Source: Patescibacteria group bacterium (GTDB taxonomy: Bacteria; Patescibacteriota; UBA1384; XYA2-FULL-43-10; 1-14-0-10-43-13). From it: a stretch of 64,000 nt of DNA. The DNA lies in NCBI GenBank assembly GCA_041671645.1, contig JBAZBD010000001.1, positions 543,234 to 607,233 of the forward strand, given 5' to 3'. A program made the position numbers and the translations under genes. Below, in pieces: positions 38,285-48,640 of the stretch (position 1 is the stretch's first letter; each line of letters starts with the position of its first letter). The notes below the pieces were generated by a model. It did not search any database. It saw only the letters and a list, made by a program, of their open reading frames with translations, and was not told the DNA's origin.

Positions 38285-39064
38285 TTATCTGGCCCCAGGC
38301 AATGTACTAAAACTGGGCTTATTCGCGGGGGCAATATTATTTTCTGGCGAAGGACTACTTTGGCTAGCTGTCACTACCATTCGTTTGTAGGAAGTGCCAA
38401 CTGGCCAACAAGTAACCAAAGTCAGCCTCGAATCTTCGGTCTGAGACAAAACGGAAAGGTCATTGGCTGTAACTACTTTTTGGTCCAGTGTTTTGTATGT
38501 AAATACGGTGTCGTTGTATTTGATATAGATCAAATCGCCAGGCAATAATTTGTCTATGATTGCAAATATAGAATTGTAGTTACCCTTGGCCCAAACATAG
38601 TTGGACGAGTGACCCGTAACGTAAATATTCCCCTTTTCTCCAGGCAAGCTAGTGCCGTCAAGCTGGATCACGCCATTAGCCAGTCCTTTGGCAACAAGAG
38701 CAGGGGTATTTTCAACACGCCAGCTGATGGGGGCTTCGATCGACAGAGCGGGGATCCTTATTGTATTATTCGCCATATCAGGCATAACGTCCGTTGGCGC
38801 AATATCCTCGGTCTTAATAATTCCTACTCCAGGCTGATCGACAATAACTTCAGCTGTTTTGATGTCGTTCAGATACCAGAAGGCAACTTTGTCCTTGATC
38901 GCTGGAAAGTTTATGACAGTATACCCGGCTAAAATCAAAGCAAATACAAATAGAGCTTTACCCGCAAACAGGGCCAGGCTCACAATCAAATCGGCTTTTT
39001 TGCGTTTTGCGCCTGCGAAAAGTCTGACTAGATCTTCTTCGGATAAATTTATTTCTTTTTTCAT
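38285..39064 (-). CDS. Sortase family transpeptidase
   Basis: Catalytic 'LTLVTCWP' TLxTC motif, His in 'YVTGHSS', N-terminal membrane anchor. Confidence 0.8.
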   Translation of the reverse strand: MKKEINLSEEDLVRLFAGAKRKKADLIVSLALFAGKALFVFALILAGYTVINFPAIKDKVAFWYLNDIKTAEVIVDQPGVGIIKTEDIAPTDVMPDMANNTIRIPALSIEAPISWRVENTPALVAKGLANGVIQLDGTSLPGEKGNIYVTGHSSNYVWAKGNYNSIFAIIDKLLPGDLIYIKYNDTVFTYKTLDQKVVTANDLSVLSQTEDSRLTLVTCWPVGTSYKRMVVTASQSSPSPENNIAPANKPSFSTLPGAR

Positions 39065-39142
39065 CTTTCCTATTATACCAGAGCGATTCGATTTGATAAG
39101 TCTATAAAAAATAATTGCCCGATTCGAGAATCAAGCAATTAT

Positions 39143-39228
39143 TGGTGCCGATGGTGGGAATCGAACCCACATGGCTTGTGACCACACGATTTTGAGTCGT
39201 GCGCGTATACCAGTTCCGCCACATCGGC
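39143..39228 (-). tRNA. tRNA-Leu (anticodon CAA), CCA encoded
   Basis: Cloverleaf GCCGATG...CACGA-CTCAAAA-TCGTG with a long variable arm, T-loop GGGTTCGATTCCCAC, discriminator A73 and genomic CCA. An 8-bp palindromic hairpin plus T-run terminator follows. Confidence 0.85.
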
Positions 39229-39251
39229 ATGGGAAGATAATAGCAAAATAT

Positions 39252-39848
39252 TCAGTTTCTTTCAATCTTTTTGGGCTCAGAGCCTGTTAAATCCCAAAGC
39301 TCCGAGGGTGCAGATTGGGGAAGCTCTCCTCCATCAATAACAAAATCGAGCTGGCCGAGGCCATCAAATTGGTCGCTAATCTGATCTACCGAATAGCAAT
39401 TTGGCAGTCCTGACTTGTTCGCCGAGGTTTGGGCCACGAAGCCGTCCGACAGTTCGGCGATTTTTAGTATCAATTCATTATCTGGCACACGGACAGCGAT
39501 AGTCCCCTCTCGTTTGCACAAATCAGAAATCTTGTTGGCATTGTTTGCTCTCAATACGAATGTAAATTTGCCAGGAATTTTTTGACTGATAAAATTTGAG
39601 TTTTCCGCGCTCAGGTCAGCAGCGTTACCGATTTGTTCGATTTCGTAAGTGGCCAAACCAATAGTCTTTGACTCTGGCCGACCCTTTATCTCATTAATTT
39701 TATTTATTGCGCTATGGCTGGTCGGATCAGCAATTATTCCGTAAACGGTGTCAAATGGAGCGACGACAAGGCCTCCAGCTCGTATGATTTGTGCGGCTTC
39801 GGTGACGACCTCTTGCATGTTACTGTTTGTAAGCATTATTCTTTTCAT
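39252..39848 (-). CDS. tsaC: L-threonylcarbamoyladenylate synthase (TsaC/YrdC family)
   Basis: 'PFDTVYGIIADPTSHSAINKINEIKGRP' YrdC motif. Confidence 0.85.
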   Translation of the reverse strand: MKRIMLTNSNMQEVVTEAAQIIRAGGLVVAPFDTVYGIIADPTSHSAINKINEIKGRPESKTIGLATYEIEQIGNAADLSAENSNFISQKIPGKFTFVLRANNANKISDLCKREGTIAVRVPDNELILKIAELSDGFVAQTSANKSGLPNCYSVDQISDQFDGLGQLDFVIDGGELPQSAPSELWDLTGSEPKKIERN

Positions 39849-39914
39849 AATTCTCCTTGAGTTATAACTACAATCATAATATAATTGAATTAAAATTTAA
39901 ACAAAGAAGGTAAT

Positions 39915-40970
39915 ATGGGCAATTTAGAACAACTAGACAAAATTGACTTCAAAAAAGCTGATCCGAAGGGAATGATAAATAATATTGTAAGCTTTGTGGA
40001 TGATGCAAGACAGGCTTTTGAGACTGCTTCTAGCTTTAATGTCCCTGCTTACTATATTAAGGCCAAGAAAATTGTCCTGGTCGGGATGGGCGGATCTGGA
40101 GCTGCCGGAGACATTATCAAGGAGTATCTAAGCCCTCATGCCGACTTAATCGTCGAGAGCATACATGACTATTCCCTGCCATCATGGGCAGGTAGCGATA
40201 CCCTCGTCATCTTAAACTCATATTCTGGCAACACCGAGGAAGTTCTGGCTGTATTTCTGGAAGCACAAAATCGCGGCGCCAAAATGATTTCGGTCACGAC
40301 TGGTGGCAAGCTTAAGGTGCTTTCCGACAAGTACAAAGTACCAACTTTATCGTTTGAATATGAGGGATGCCCCAGAGCATCTTTCCCTTATCTTTTCATT
40401 CTGATGCTTTCTGTATTTATGAAACTTGGCTATGTCAATTTCACCGAAGCCGATGTCAAAAGTGCTTTGGACAGCCTTGATGAACTTAAGAAAAAATACC
40501 TTCCTGATGTTTCGCTATTTTCCAACCCGGCCAAGATACTGGCTGAAAAGATCCATGGACGCGTACCGGTGATCTTTAGTTCTCGCCTGTTGGCTGGCGC
40601 GGCACTCCGCTTCAAAAATCAAATCAACGAAAACGCTAAACACTGGGCTTTCACCTGTATCTTCCCGGAGCTTCACCACAACGTTATTGAAGGAATGCTG
40701 AGGCCAGAAAACCTTTGCATGGTTATGATGTTGGAATCTAATTTTGATTATGATCGTGTCACACTCCGCGAAAATATCAGCTCTGAAATTATGAGGAAGC
40801 ACAAAATTACGCTCGAGAGGATCAAATTTGTCAAAGCAAAAGATCAACTTTCCGAGACCCTATCATTTGTACTGCTCGGAGACTTTGTTTCATATTACCT
40901 AGCAATACTGGACAAGGTAAATCCTGGGGTCAACGAAGTTATCGACGAAGTGAAATCCAAACTCAGCTAA
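39915..40970 (+). CDS. Bifunctional phosphoglucose/phosphomannose isomerase (SIS-domain, archaeal-type)
   Basis: 'VLVGMGGSGAAGDI' SIS motif and overall PGI/PMI family architecture. Confidence 0.7.
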   Translation: MGNLEQLDKIDFKKADPKGMINNIVSFVDDARQAFETASSFNVPAYYIKAKKIVLVGMGGSGAAGDIIKEYLSPHADLIVESIHDYSLPSWAGSDTLVILNSYSGNTEEVLAVFLEAQNRGAKMISVTTGGKLKVLSDKYKVPTLSFEYEGCPRASFPYLFILMLSVFMKLGYVNFTEADVKSALDSLDELKKKYLPDVSLFSNPAKILAEKIHGRVPVIFSSRLLAGAALRFKNQINENAKHWAFTCIFPELHHNVIEGMLRPENLCMVMMLESNFDYDRVTLRENISSEIMRKHKITLERIKFVKAKDQLSETLSFVLLGDFVSYYLAILDKVNPGVNEVIDEVKSKLS

Positions 40971-40987
40971 CATAAATCGGAGGGAAC

Positions 40988-42562
40988 TTGAACTTTTTTA
41001 ATAAAGAATCGCGTAAAGTACATGCGCTGATTGTACTTGACGGCTGGGGAATCGCTCCTGTCTGGGGCGGCAACGCTATTGCTGTGGCCGAAACACCGGT
41101 TTTTAATAGTTTGGTCAACAAATATCCTTCCACCACACTGGTCGCTTCAGGAACAGGAGTTGGACTTTCTGAGGGATCCCCCGGCAACTCCGAAGCTGGC
41201 CATCTCAACATTGGAGCGGGTCAAGTCATCCTTCAGGATCAAGGTCTGATCGACAATCACATTAATGATGGTTCGTTTTTCAGTAATGGCACAATTCTCG
41301 GCGCAATTGAACATTCTCGGAAGAATAACTCTATGCTTCATATCATGGGGCTTCTCTCGAAGACTGGCACGCATAGTCAGATTGCCCACCTGTACGCTAT
41401 TTTGAAACTTTTGCATGACCAGAACTTTAGCAACTTCATGATTCATTTTTTTACTGACGGTAGGGACTCTGACGTGATGTCAGGGATTGAAATGCTGGCC
41501 GAAGTACAGAATAAATGCGCTGAATTTGGCTTTGGACCAAATCGAATCGCATCGATCGTTGGAAGATTTTACGCCATGGACCGTGACAATAATTGGTCCC
41601 GTGTGAAAAAATCATATGATCTATTGACTCAAGCTGTTGGGACACAATTCGAAACTCCAGGATCAGTTTTTGCCTCTTCTTATTCTCAAAACATCACGGA
41701 TGAGTTCATTGAGCCAAGCGTTATTGCCAACAAGTCTCAGCCAATCGCGACCGTCAAGGATAACGACTCCATCATACTTTTTAATTTTAGAGCAGATCGC
41801 GCCAAGGAAATAACAGATGCCTTTCTGAACGATCAGATCCCTGATTACCCAGATCGGAAAAAATTAAATAATTTATATTTCGTTTCCTTTGTCATGTACA
41901 ACGAAAATTCACTTGCAAAGCAAGCCTTCGCTCCAGTACTCCACAACCATGGCCTAGCTCAAATCTGGTCTGAGCATGGACTTAAGCAATATCACTCCGC
42001 AGAAAGCGAAAAGTATGCTCATGTCACTTACTTCTTTGACGGTGGCTCAGAAAAGAAAAGTCCAGGCGAAGATTGGGCCATGATCCCCTCAAAGAAGGGC
42101 CTAAGCTACGCCAAATTACCAGAGATGAGTGCTCGCGAGCTCACTGCTGAAACGCTTTCGGTCATCAATAAGGATATATATGATTGTTTCGTTATTAATT
42201 TTGCCAATCCGGACATGGTCGGACACACAGGTGACCTTCAAGCTACCGCCAAAGCTGTTAGCTATGTCGATCAGTGCTTAGGTGAAATTCTCTCGCTAAT
42301 CCAAAAGAAGAACGGTGTTGCTTTCATTTGCGCAGATCATGGCAACGCCGAACAGATGGTCAACCCCAAAACAGGCGGTCCTGACACTGAGCACACTTCA
42401 AACCCCGTCCCGTTCATAATATTTGGTGCTGATTTCGAAAACAAAAAAATTGCATTGCGCCAGGATGGGAAGCTTTCTGATATCGCTCCAACAGTCCTTG
42501 AATTGATGGGTATTAATCTTGAAATTCCTGGGATGAACAAATCATTAATCGTTAGAGGGTAA
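40988..42562 (+). CDS. gpmI: 2,3-bisphosphoglycerate-independent phosphoglycerate mutase
   Basis: 'IVLDGWG', 'GNSEAGHLNIGAG', 'CADHGNAEQM' metal and catalytic motifs. TTG start. Confidence 0.9.
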   Translation: MNFFNKESRKVHALIVLDGWGIAPVWGGNAIAVAETPVFNSLVNKYPSTTLVASGTGVGLSEGSPGNSEAGHLNIGAGQVILQDQGLIDNHINDGSFFSNGTILGAIEHSRKNNSMLHIMGLLSKTGTHSQIAHLYAILKLLHDQNFSNFMIHFFTDGRDSDVMSGIEMLAEVQNKCAEFGFGPNRIASIVGRFYAMDRDNNWSRVKKSYDLLTQAVGTQFETPGSVFASSYSQNITDEFIEPSVIANKSQPIATVKDNDSIILFNFRADRAKEITDAFLNDQIPDYPDRKKLNNLYFVSFVMYNENSLAKQAFAPVLHNHGLAQIWSEHGLKQYHSAESEKYAHVTYFFDGGSEKKSPGEDWAMIPSKKGLSYAKLPEMSARELTAETLSVINKDIYDCFVINFANPDMVGHTGDLQATAKAVSYVDQCLGEILSLIQKKNGVAFICADHGNAEQMVNPKTGGPDTEHTSNPVPFIIFGADFENKKIALRQDGKLSDIAPTVLELMGINLEIPGMNKSLIVRG

Positions 42563-42565
42563 AGC

Positions 42566-44005
42566 TTGCCAAAGAAAATAAGAAAACTTGTCACGTTATT
42601 AATAGATGGTTTTGGTGTTTCAACGTCCTCACAAAATAACGCGGTAGCTATAGAAACTATCCCCAATTTTCAATTTCTCTGGGATCATTATCCCCGCAAA
42701 TGTCTGGTCTCGGCCATTCGCCCAGATTCGACCGAAAAAGCGAAGTGTTTTGATACCGAAAATAGCTATCTTGAAATTAGCTTGGGGTATAATCCCAGAA
42801 CCGAACGCAAAGCATTGCCAGACCTATCTCGAAGCACACAGCTTCAAAATATTATAAATATTGTCAGGGACCACCGATCCGCCCTCCATTTGTTTTTTGT
42901 CTTGTCGAACGACGACTCTCAATCCTCACTCAAACAATTGCTTGATCTGATCAAAATTTCCCAAGGAAGCCAGGTCTTTTTCCTCTATATCCATATTTTA
43001 ATAGACAATTCCTTCAAGAGCCCAAGTGATTTATTGATCCATTTCGAAAAGTTGGAGGCGAAGATCAAATCAACTGGACTCGGTGAGATTGTTTCTATTG
43101 TTGGCGAATTGTATTTATCTTCTACTGCTGGCAATAAGAAAAGTATCAATGGTTATCTAGACCGAAATACTGACTTATTCATTTCGGGAGAACAAGCAAT
43201 TAAAAGTTTGGCTAAGGGCGATTTAGCAAATTTTCCCCACTGCACGCTAAAAACGACATCTAGCGGAGGAATCTCGGATTTTGACGCTGTTGTTTTCGCC
43301 AATCACAATAACTTACTTCTGACTAATTTCATTTCCTTTTTGAGCCGTTCCCCCAGGAAACCACGCTTTGTTTCTCTGGCCTCTCTCGCCGACACTGGGA
43401 TTGTAGGGGTCTTGCCGATTTATAATACGCCTGAACATCTAATGGCCCGACTCTCTAAAGCTCAAATCAAGTCACGTCTGATCCTCCCTGACAATTCCCA
43501 AGAGAGCAGACGTTACTGGCTAAACGAAACTGACAACGTTGCTCCACGCTACTACCCCTCAGATAATCCTGCCGCGATTCAAGATTTTCTAAGTAGTGAG
43601 CTTGATGATTTTTTCCATTCTGATACTTCCTTTTTGCTAATTCAATATTCAGATCTGATACAGAAGTGCCAAAGCGCTGGTTTTTCAGGTTGCGCAAACA
43701 GCGCCCAGCTAGTAAACTTAGTTATTAGGATGGTCTTCGAAAAGGTGATGAATTCTGACAGCAGTTTTTATATCGCCTCACCTTATGGAATGGCAGAAAA
43801 TTTAACTCGCTCCAAAGAAATGGCCGGTTTCGGATTCAACTACTTGCCCACTCCCTCGAACACTCCACTTCTGTTGATCGAAGACGTTCGATCGACCGTA
43901 AAATCGAAAAACTCTCTCTTGCAAGAAATCGCTACCAGCAGAGACGGTTTGCAATCGATTCACAAAACTATATTAAAGCATTTTCAGATCGGAGAAACGT
44001 TATGA
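42566..44005 (+). CDS. Degenerate iPGM paralog (probable pseudoenzyme)
   Basis: N-terminus 'TLLIDGFGVS...AVAIETIPNF' aligns with the iPGM N-terminus, but the catalytic Ser/His region and the DHGN motif are absent. Confidence 0.55.
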   Translation: MPKKIRKLVTLLIDGFGVSTSSQNNAVAIETIPNFQFLWDHYPRKCLVSAIRPDSTEKAKCFDTENSYLEISLGYNPRTERKALPDLSRSTQLQNIINIVRDHRSALHLFFVLSNDDSQSSLKQLLDLIKISQGSQVFFLYIHILIDNSFKSPSDLLIHFEKLEAKIKSTGLGEIVSIVGELYLSSTAGNKKSINGYLDRNTDLFISGEQAIKSLAKGDLANFPHCTLKTTSSGGISDFDAVVFANHNNLLLTNFISFLSRSPRKPRFVSLASLADTGIVGVLPIYNTPEHLMARLSKAQIKSRLILPDNSQESRRYWLNETDNVAPRYYPSDNPAAIQDFLSSELDDFFHSDTSFLLIQYSDLIQKCQSAGFSGCANSAQLVNLVIRMVFEKVMNSDSSFYIASPYGMAENLTRSKEMAGFGFNYLPTPSNTPLLLIEDVRSTVKSKNSLLQEIATSRDGLQSIHKTILKHFQIGETL

Positions 44006-46011
44006 CCCTTGCAAAAATGATATCGCCCAGAAGCATCGCCCTTATTGGAGCATCCTCCAATCCAGAGAAGATCGGCTTCCAAATTCTGTCGAACATCCTA
44101 AACGGCGGTTTTGCTGGTCGTGTTTTCCCCGTGAATTTGTCTGGCGAAACAATACTAAATTTGCAATCGGTTAAATCGGTCTTGGATATCAAGGAGCATA
44201 TCGACCTCGCGATTATCGCGATTCCAGCTAAGTTCGTCAGGGACTCTGTGCTTGAATGCGTCAAGACTCGCGTAAGCTCAGTTATTGTTATCTCTGCCGG
44301 TTTCGCCGAGATTGGAGAGGCTGGCAAATTGATTCAAGACGAGATTCGAGATATTTGCGAGAAAAATAACATTTCTTTGCTTGGTCCAAACTGTTTGGGG
44401 TTGATAAATACTGAAATAAATTTGAATGCTACTTTCGCTAAGGAGTTGCCAAAAACAGGCCATGTCTCCCTGCTTTCTCAATCAGGAGCCATCATTACCT
44501 CAATAATCGACTGGTCCAAGAACTCCCCAATCGGATTTTCCAAAATATTTTCAATTGGCAACAAAGCGCTGATTAAGGAATCTGATTTATTTGAATATTT
44601 ATACAATGACAATGAGACAAAAGTTGTGGCAGCTTATATTGAAAACCTCGAGGTTGACCGTCATCTATCTGAGATTTTTATCAAAAATGCCAAGAAAAAG
44701 CCTACGATAATCCTTTTTGGGGGCAAAAGTTCTTTTGGCGCCCGCGCCGCGCTCTCACATACTGGATCGATAGTAAGCTCTTACACCTCGGTCAAAGCCT
44801 ATCTCACACAAGCAGGAGTGATTATCGCCGACACCCTCGAAGACCTTTTGCTTTATTCTCGCGTCTTCTCAAGCTACCAGCAGATCAACGGCAACAATAT
44901 TACTATAATCACAAATGCTGGTGGCCCAGCTATTGCCGCTTCTGATCATTTGCATGATCTGGGGCTCAATCTCAACACACTCTCGCCCAAAACCGTCAGT
45001 TTGCTCCAGAAACAACTACGACCAGAGGCAAACCTGACAAATCCCGTCGATTTGCTCGGAGATGCCAGTGAAATTGATTACCAAAAAGCTCTGGAAATCG
45101 TGACGAACGACAGTGGAACTGATGGAATTCTTGTGATTTTGACTCCTCAATCCGCTACAAAGATTATCGAGACTGCAGAAGTAATTGCCAGCGTCAAATC
45201 CAGGACACCGATTATTTCCTCATTTGTAGGCGGCGAAATTCTGACCAGTGCCAAAGATATTATAGAGAACTCCGGCAAGCCATGCTTCTCATATCCCGAG
45301 GAAGCAGCACTAGGCTTGCTCACTCTATTTAAATTTTCAGCAGAGAAACAAACTTTGCTCGTGCCGCATTCGCCAAAGCATAATTTATTCAATTCTGAGA
45401 ATAAAGAAAAGCATTTGCTGGATTACAAACTTCCGATTGTCCAATACAAAGAGTGTAAGAATATCGATGAGGTTAAAGACGCGGCAGATAGCATCGGGTT
45501 TCCCGTAGTTCTAAAGATGGCCGATCAAAACGCGCACAAATCTGATGAGGGCAAAGTGGTTTTGAATATTGAGGATTCCTTCCACCTCCAAAAAGCCTTT
45601 TTGAAAACTGGCTCCCCCGCTATCGTCGGTCCCATGGTCAACAAGAAGTTTGAGATTATGCTCGGCATCAAAAAGGAGGCTGGGACAGGAACCACCATAG
45701 TTTTTGGTACGGGTGGAATATATGCAGAGATATATCAAGATTTTAGCTACCGCATCGCACCGCTAGATCAAAAGAACGCTCTCTCGATGATCTTGGAGAC
45801 TAAAATTGGGCGAATTCTAAACGGTGCTCGCAACCAGAAAAAATATGATCTTGCGGCTCTAGCAGATATACTTGTTCGTGCCACAAATTTTGCTGATAAC
45901 TTTAGCAACATCAAAGAAATAGATTTCAATCCTATCGTGGCCGACGCCGACAATTTTCATTTGGTGGATGTGAGAATTATTCTGACAGAAAATATAGAGG
46001 GAGATAAATGA
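44002..46011 (+). CDS. Acetyl-CoA synthetase (ADP-forming), fused alpha/beta
   Basis: CoA-binding 'IALIGAS...GFQILSN', succinyl-CoA-ligase-like and ATP-grasp domains. Its ATG overlaps the upstream stop (ATGA). Confidence 0.85.
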   Translation: MTLAKMISPRSIALIGASSNPEKIGFQILSNILNGGFAGRVFPVNLSGETILNLQSVKSVLDIKEHIDLAIIAIPAKFVRDSVLECVKTRVSSVIVISAGFAEIGEAGKLIQDEIRDICEKNNISLLGPNCLGLINTEINLNATFAKELPKTGHVSLLSQSGAIITSIIDWSKNSPIGFSKIFSIGNKALIKESDLFEYLYNDNETKVVAAYIENLEVDRHLSEIFIKNAKKKPTIILFGGKSSFGARAALSHTGSIVSSYTSVKAYLTQAGVIIADTLEDLLLYSRVFSSYQQINGNNITIITNAGGPAIAASDHLHDLGLNLNTLSPKTVSLLQKQLRPEANLTNPVDLLGDASEIDYQKALEIVTNDSGTDGILVILTPQSATKIIETAEVIASVKSRTPIISSFVGGEILTSAKDIIENSGKPCFSYPEEAALGLLTLFKFSAEKQTLLVPHSPKHNLFNSENKEKHLLDYKLPIVQYKECKNIDEVKDAADSIGFPVVLKMADQNAHKSDEGKVVLNIEDSFHLQKAFLKTGSPAIVGPMVNKKFEIMLGIKKEAGTGTTIVFGTGGIYAEIYQDFSYRIAPLDQKNALSMILETKIGRILNGARNQKKYDLAALADILVRATNFADNFSNIKEIDFNPIVADADNFHLVDVRIILTENIEGDK

Positions 46012-47048
46012 AAAAACAAGTTTTAATTTCTGGCAACGAGGCAGCTGTGCTGGGCACAATCGATGCTGGCGCTACCGTCATGTTTGGCTATCCAATCACG
46101 CCTGCGACAGAGATCCTCGAAGGTTATATACGCAAGGCAGAAGAAAACCCAGAGCTTAAGTACCTTCAAACCGAAGATGAAATTGCGGCAGGTTTCGGCG
46201 TCCTGGGCAGTGTCTTGGGTGGCGTCAAAAGTTTTACCGCTTCGGCTGGGCCAGGGCATGTCCTGCTTCAAGATCCAATCGCCATGGCCGAGAATCTCAG
46301 ACTTCCCTTTGTCGGTATAATCATGCAAAGAGGCGGCCCATCAACTGGTACTGTAAACTTTTCTCAGCAGGAAGTGACCCTGGCCGCATTTGGAGGCAAT
46401 GGTGATGGACATAGGATTGTATATTCTGCCTCGACTGTTCCAGAAATGTACGAATTAACAAAAAAATCATTTGAAACCGCTTGGAAATATCGCTTTCCCA
46501 CTATTCTTCTGGGTGACGGTTATCTCGGTAAAATGAAAAACGTTGTCGAAATTGATCAACACTCCGAAAAAGCAAAAAGTTCTCCCATCCTCGAAGAGAA
46601 AGCTGAGTCAACAAATTTGAGAAATTGTTATAGCTCAGAGGAGTCGTTTGGTGCGGTGCTCGATCAGACACACAAAGATTGGCAGAAAAGTCGAGAAGAA
46701 ATTGTAGAGTCCGAATCATACAAAGTCTCTGATGCGAAGACGTTGATCGTGGCTCACGGTTTGGTCGCAAGTGCCGCCAGAGATGCAGTAAAAATAATGC
46801 GAAAAAGTGGCGCTAGGATTGGTCTTTTCCGTCCAATCACTCTAAACCCTTTTGACAAAGCCAAATTATTGATTGCCGCTAAAAAGACCGAAAAAATAAT
46901 TATCATCGAATCTTCACTCAACCAGTTGTCCAGAATCGTCAAATATGAAATGGCCGGCCAAAAAGCGAAGTTCATCGAAATATCAAAATCAGCTCAAGGG
47001 TTCACCCCCGAAGAGATAATTGACCAAATTAGGAGGCACAATGGATAA
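46008..47048 (+). CDS. 2-oxoacid:ferredoxin oxidoreductase alpha subunit
   Basis: 'VLISGNEAAVLGTIDAGATVMFGYPITPATEI' PFOR/KOR alpha N-terminus. Confidence 0.85.
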   Translation: MKKQVLISGNEAAVLGTIDAGATVMFGYPITPATEILEGYIRKAEENPELKYLQTEDEIAAGFGVLGSVLGGVKSFTASAGPGHVLLQDPIAMAENLRLPFVGIIMQRGGPSTGTVNFSQQEVTLAAFGGNGDGHRIVYSASTVPEMYELTKKSFETAWKYRFPTILLGDGYLGKMKNVVEIDQHSEKAKSSPILEEKAESTNLRNCYSSEESFGAVLDQTHKDWQKSREEIVESESYKVSDAKTLIVAHGLVASAARDAVKIMRKSGARIGLFRPITLNPFDKAKLLIAAKKTEKIIIIESSLNQLSRIVKYEMAGQKAKFIEISKSAQGFTPEEIIDQIRRHNG

Positions 47049-47778
47049 TATTATGCCAAAGTGCTGGAAGAAAAGCAGCAAACCTCACCTATTTTGCCCA
47101 GGTTGCGGCCACGGTAGCGTCCTAAAACAATTGGGGTACTTGGCAGATGAAATGGGAATAGCTCGAAATACTGCACTGGGCATCGATATCGGTTGCTCTC
47201 TTCTGGCCTGGGATTTTTTCGATATGGACACTGTCCAGACACACCACGGCCGAACGACTTCTGTAATGGTCGGTTACAAAATGGCTAGACCAAGCCGAAT
47301 CGCCATTGCCTACATGGGCGACGGCGGCGGATACGCGATTGGCCTTCAGGCCCTCGTCCATGCGGCATATCGAAACAACCCGATCACCGTGATCTTGGTC
47401 AATAATGAAAATTATGCAATGACCGGCGGTCAGACCTCGCCAACTACCGAGGTAGGAACTGTGACTTCAACTGCACCAAGCGGCAAATCAGCAGTATTCG
47501 GACCGGGATTCAAGGGTCCTGAGCTCTTGGCTAATATTGCCAGCAAAAATGCTTATATCGCTCGCGCCTCGATATCCAACCCAATCCAGATGAAAGCCAT
47601 GATCAAACGCGCTATCGACAACCAAGTCAAGAACAATTCTTTTTCTTTCTTGGAAATTCTCTCAACCTGCCCAACAAATTGGAAGACAAATGCAAAAGAA
47701 AGCTTTGAGAGACTAGCCGAAATGGAGAAGTTTTTCCCTATCGGTGAAATAAGTTTAGTAGAGAAGGAGACAAAATGA
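47041..47778 (+). CDS. 2-oxoacid:ferredoxin oxidoreductase beta subunit (TPP-binding)
   Basis: 'CPGCGHGSV' and 'GDGGGYAIGLQ' TPP motif. Start at ATG 47041 after AGGAGG. Confidence 0.85.
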   Translation: MDNIMPKCWKKSSKPHLFCPGCGHGSVLKQLGYLADEMGIARNTALGIDIGCSLLAWDFFDMDTVQTHHGRTTSVMVGYKMARPSRIAIAYMGDGGGYAIGLQALVHAAYRNNPITVILVNNENYAMTGGQTSPTTEVGTVTSTAPSGKSAVFGPGFKGPELLANIASKNAYIARASISNPIQMKAMIKRAIDNQVKNNSFSFLEILSTCPTNWKTNAKESFERLAEMEKFFPIGEISLVEKETK

Positions 47779-48593
47779 AACCAATGAAGATATTTTTAGC
47801 GGGTGAAGGCGGTCAGGGTATTCAAACTATCGCCAAAATCCTAGTGGACGCAGTCAAATCACAGGGTTCTAACGTTTCATACATTCCCGCTTTTGGCGTA
47901 GAACAACGCGGGACACCCTCCACTGCTTTCATCACCATAAGCAACGATGAAATCCGCTACCCTCGATTCGAACACGCAGACGTTGTAGTCGTACTGCAGA
48001 AGCGCGCCCTTTCTGTGATAGAAAAACATATCTCCCCCCAAACCAAAGTAGTTTTCGACTCCTCGACGATCCCTGCATCCTCGATCCATCATCACCACAA
48101 ATTGGGTATTCCAGCGACAGAAGTTGCCGCCGCGCAATTCAAGGCTCAATCTTTTAATATCTTGATTACCGGCAAGATCAGTAGGTTGATCAATCTTGAC
48201 GAGAAACTTGTTTGGGACTCAATCGTCAAAATACTGGGCAAGAAGTTTAAAGATGACAAAATCCGGAAGATGAATGAAGATTGTTTCAAGTACGGGCGAA
48301 ACGCAGTTTTTGAGATAGATCAATTTTCGAAGCCGACTTTCATGCCTGCAACCGAGAAAATCATACGCAAAGGTTTTGGCAAAAGCGCTTTGATCATTCC
48401 AGAGCGCTGTAAGGGATGCCATATCTGCATTGCCAAATGCCCTGTAGCCGCATTATCAAAAGGTGAAACTCTTGGCGTATTCGCGACTCAGGTGCCAGAG
48501 ATTGATTTGGAGAAATGTATCGCTTGCGGCAATTGCTTCCGTTTTTGCCCAGACGCCGCCATCTCCGTAACCAAAGATAAGAGTGCTAAGTAA
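47775..48593 (+). CDS. 2-oxoacid:ferredoxin oxidoreductase gamma subunit fused to a 2x[4Fe-4S] ferredoxin (delta)
   Basis: Gamma-subunit N-terminus plus C-terminal 'CKGCHICIAKCP' and 'CIACGNCFRFCP'. Confidence 0.8.
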   Translation: MKPMKIFLAGEGGQGIQTIAKILVDAVKSQGSNVSYIPAFGVEQRGTPSTAFITISNDEIRYPRFEHADVVVVLQKRALSVIEKHISPQTKVVFDSSTIPASSIHHHHKLGIPATEVAAAQFKAQSFNILITGKISRLINLDEKLVWDSIVKILGKKFKDDKIRKMNEDCFKYGRNAVFEIDQFSKPTFMPATEKIIRKGFGKSALIIPERCKGCHICIAKCPVAALSKGETLGVFATQVPEIDLEKCIACGNCFRFCPDAAISVTKDKSAK

Positions 48594-48640
48594 AAGCGGC
48601 CAAAAAAGCTTTTGCGGAATTTATGAACTAGAATTGAATT

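Noticed and set aside
48594-48640. Convergent terminator between the oxidoreductase operon and rarA
   Set aside because: Only a weak AU-rich stem (AAAAGC/GCTTTT) is present. It is not convincing enough to call as a feature.
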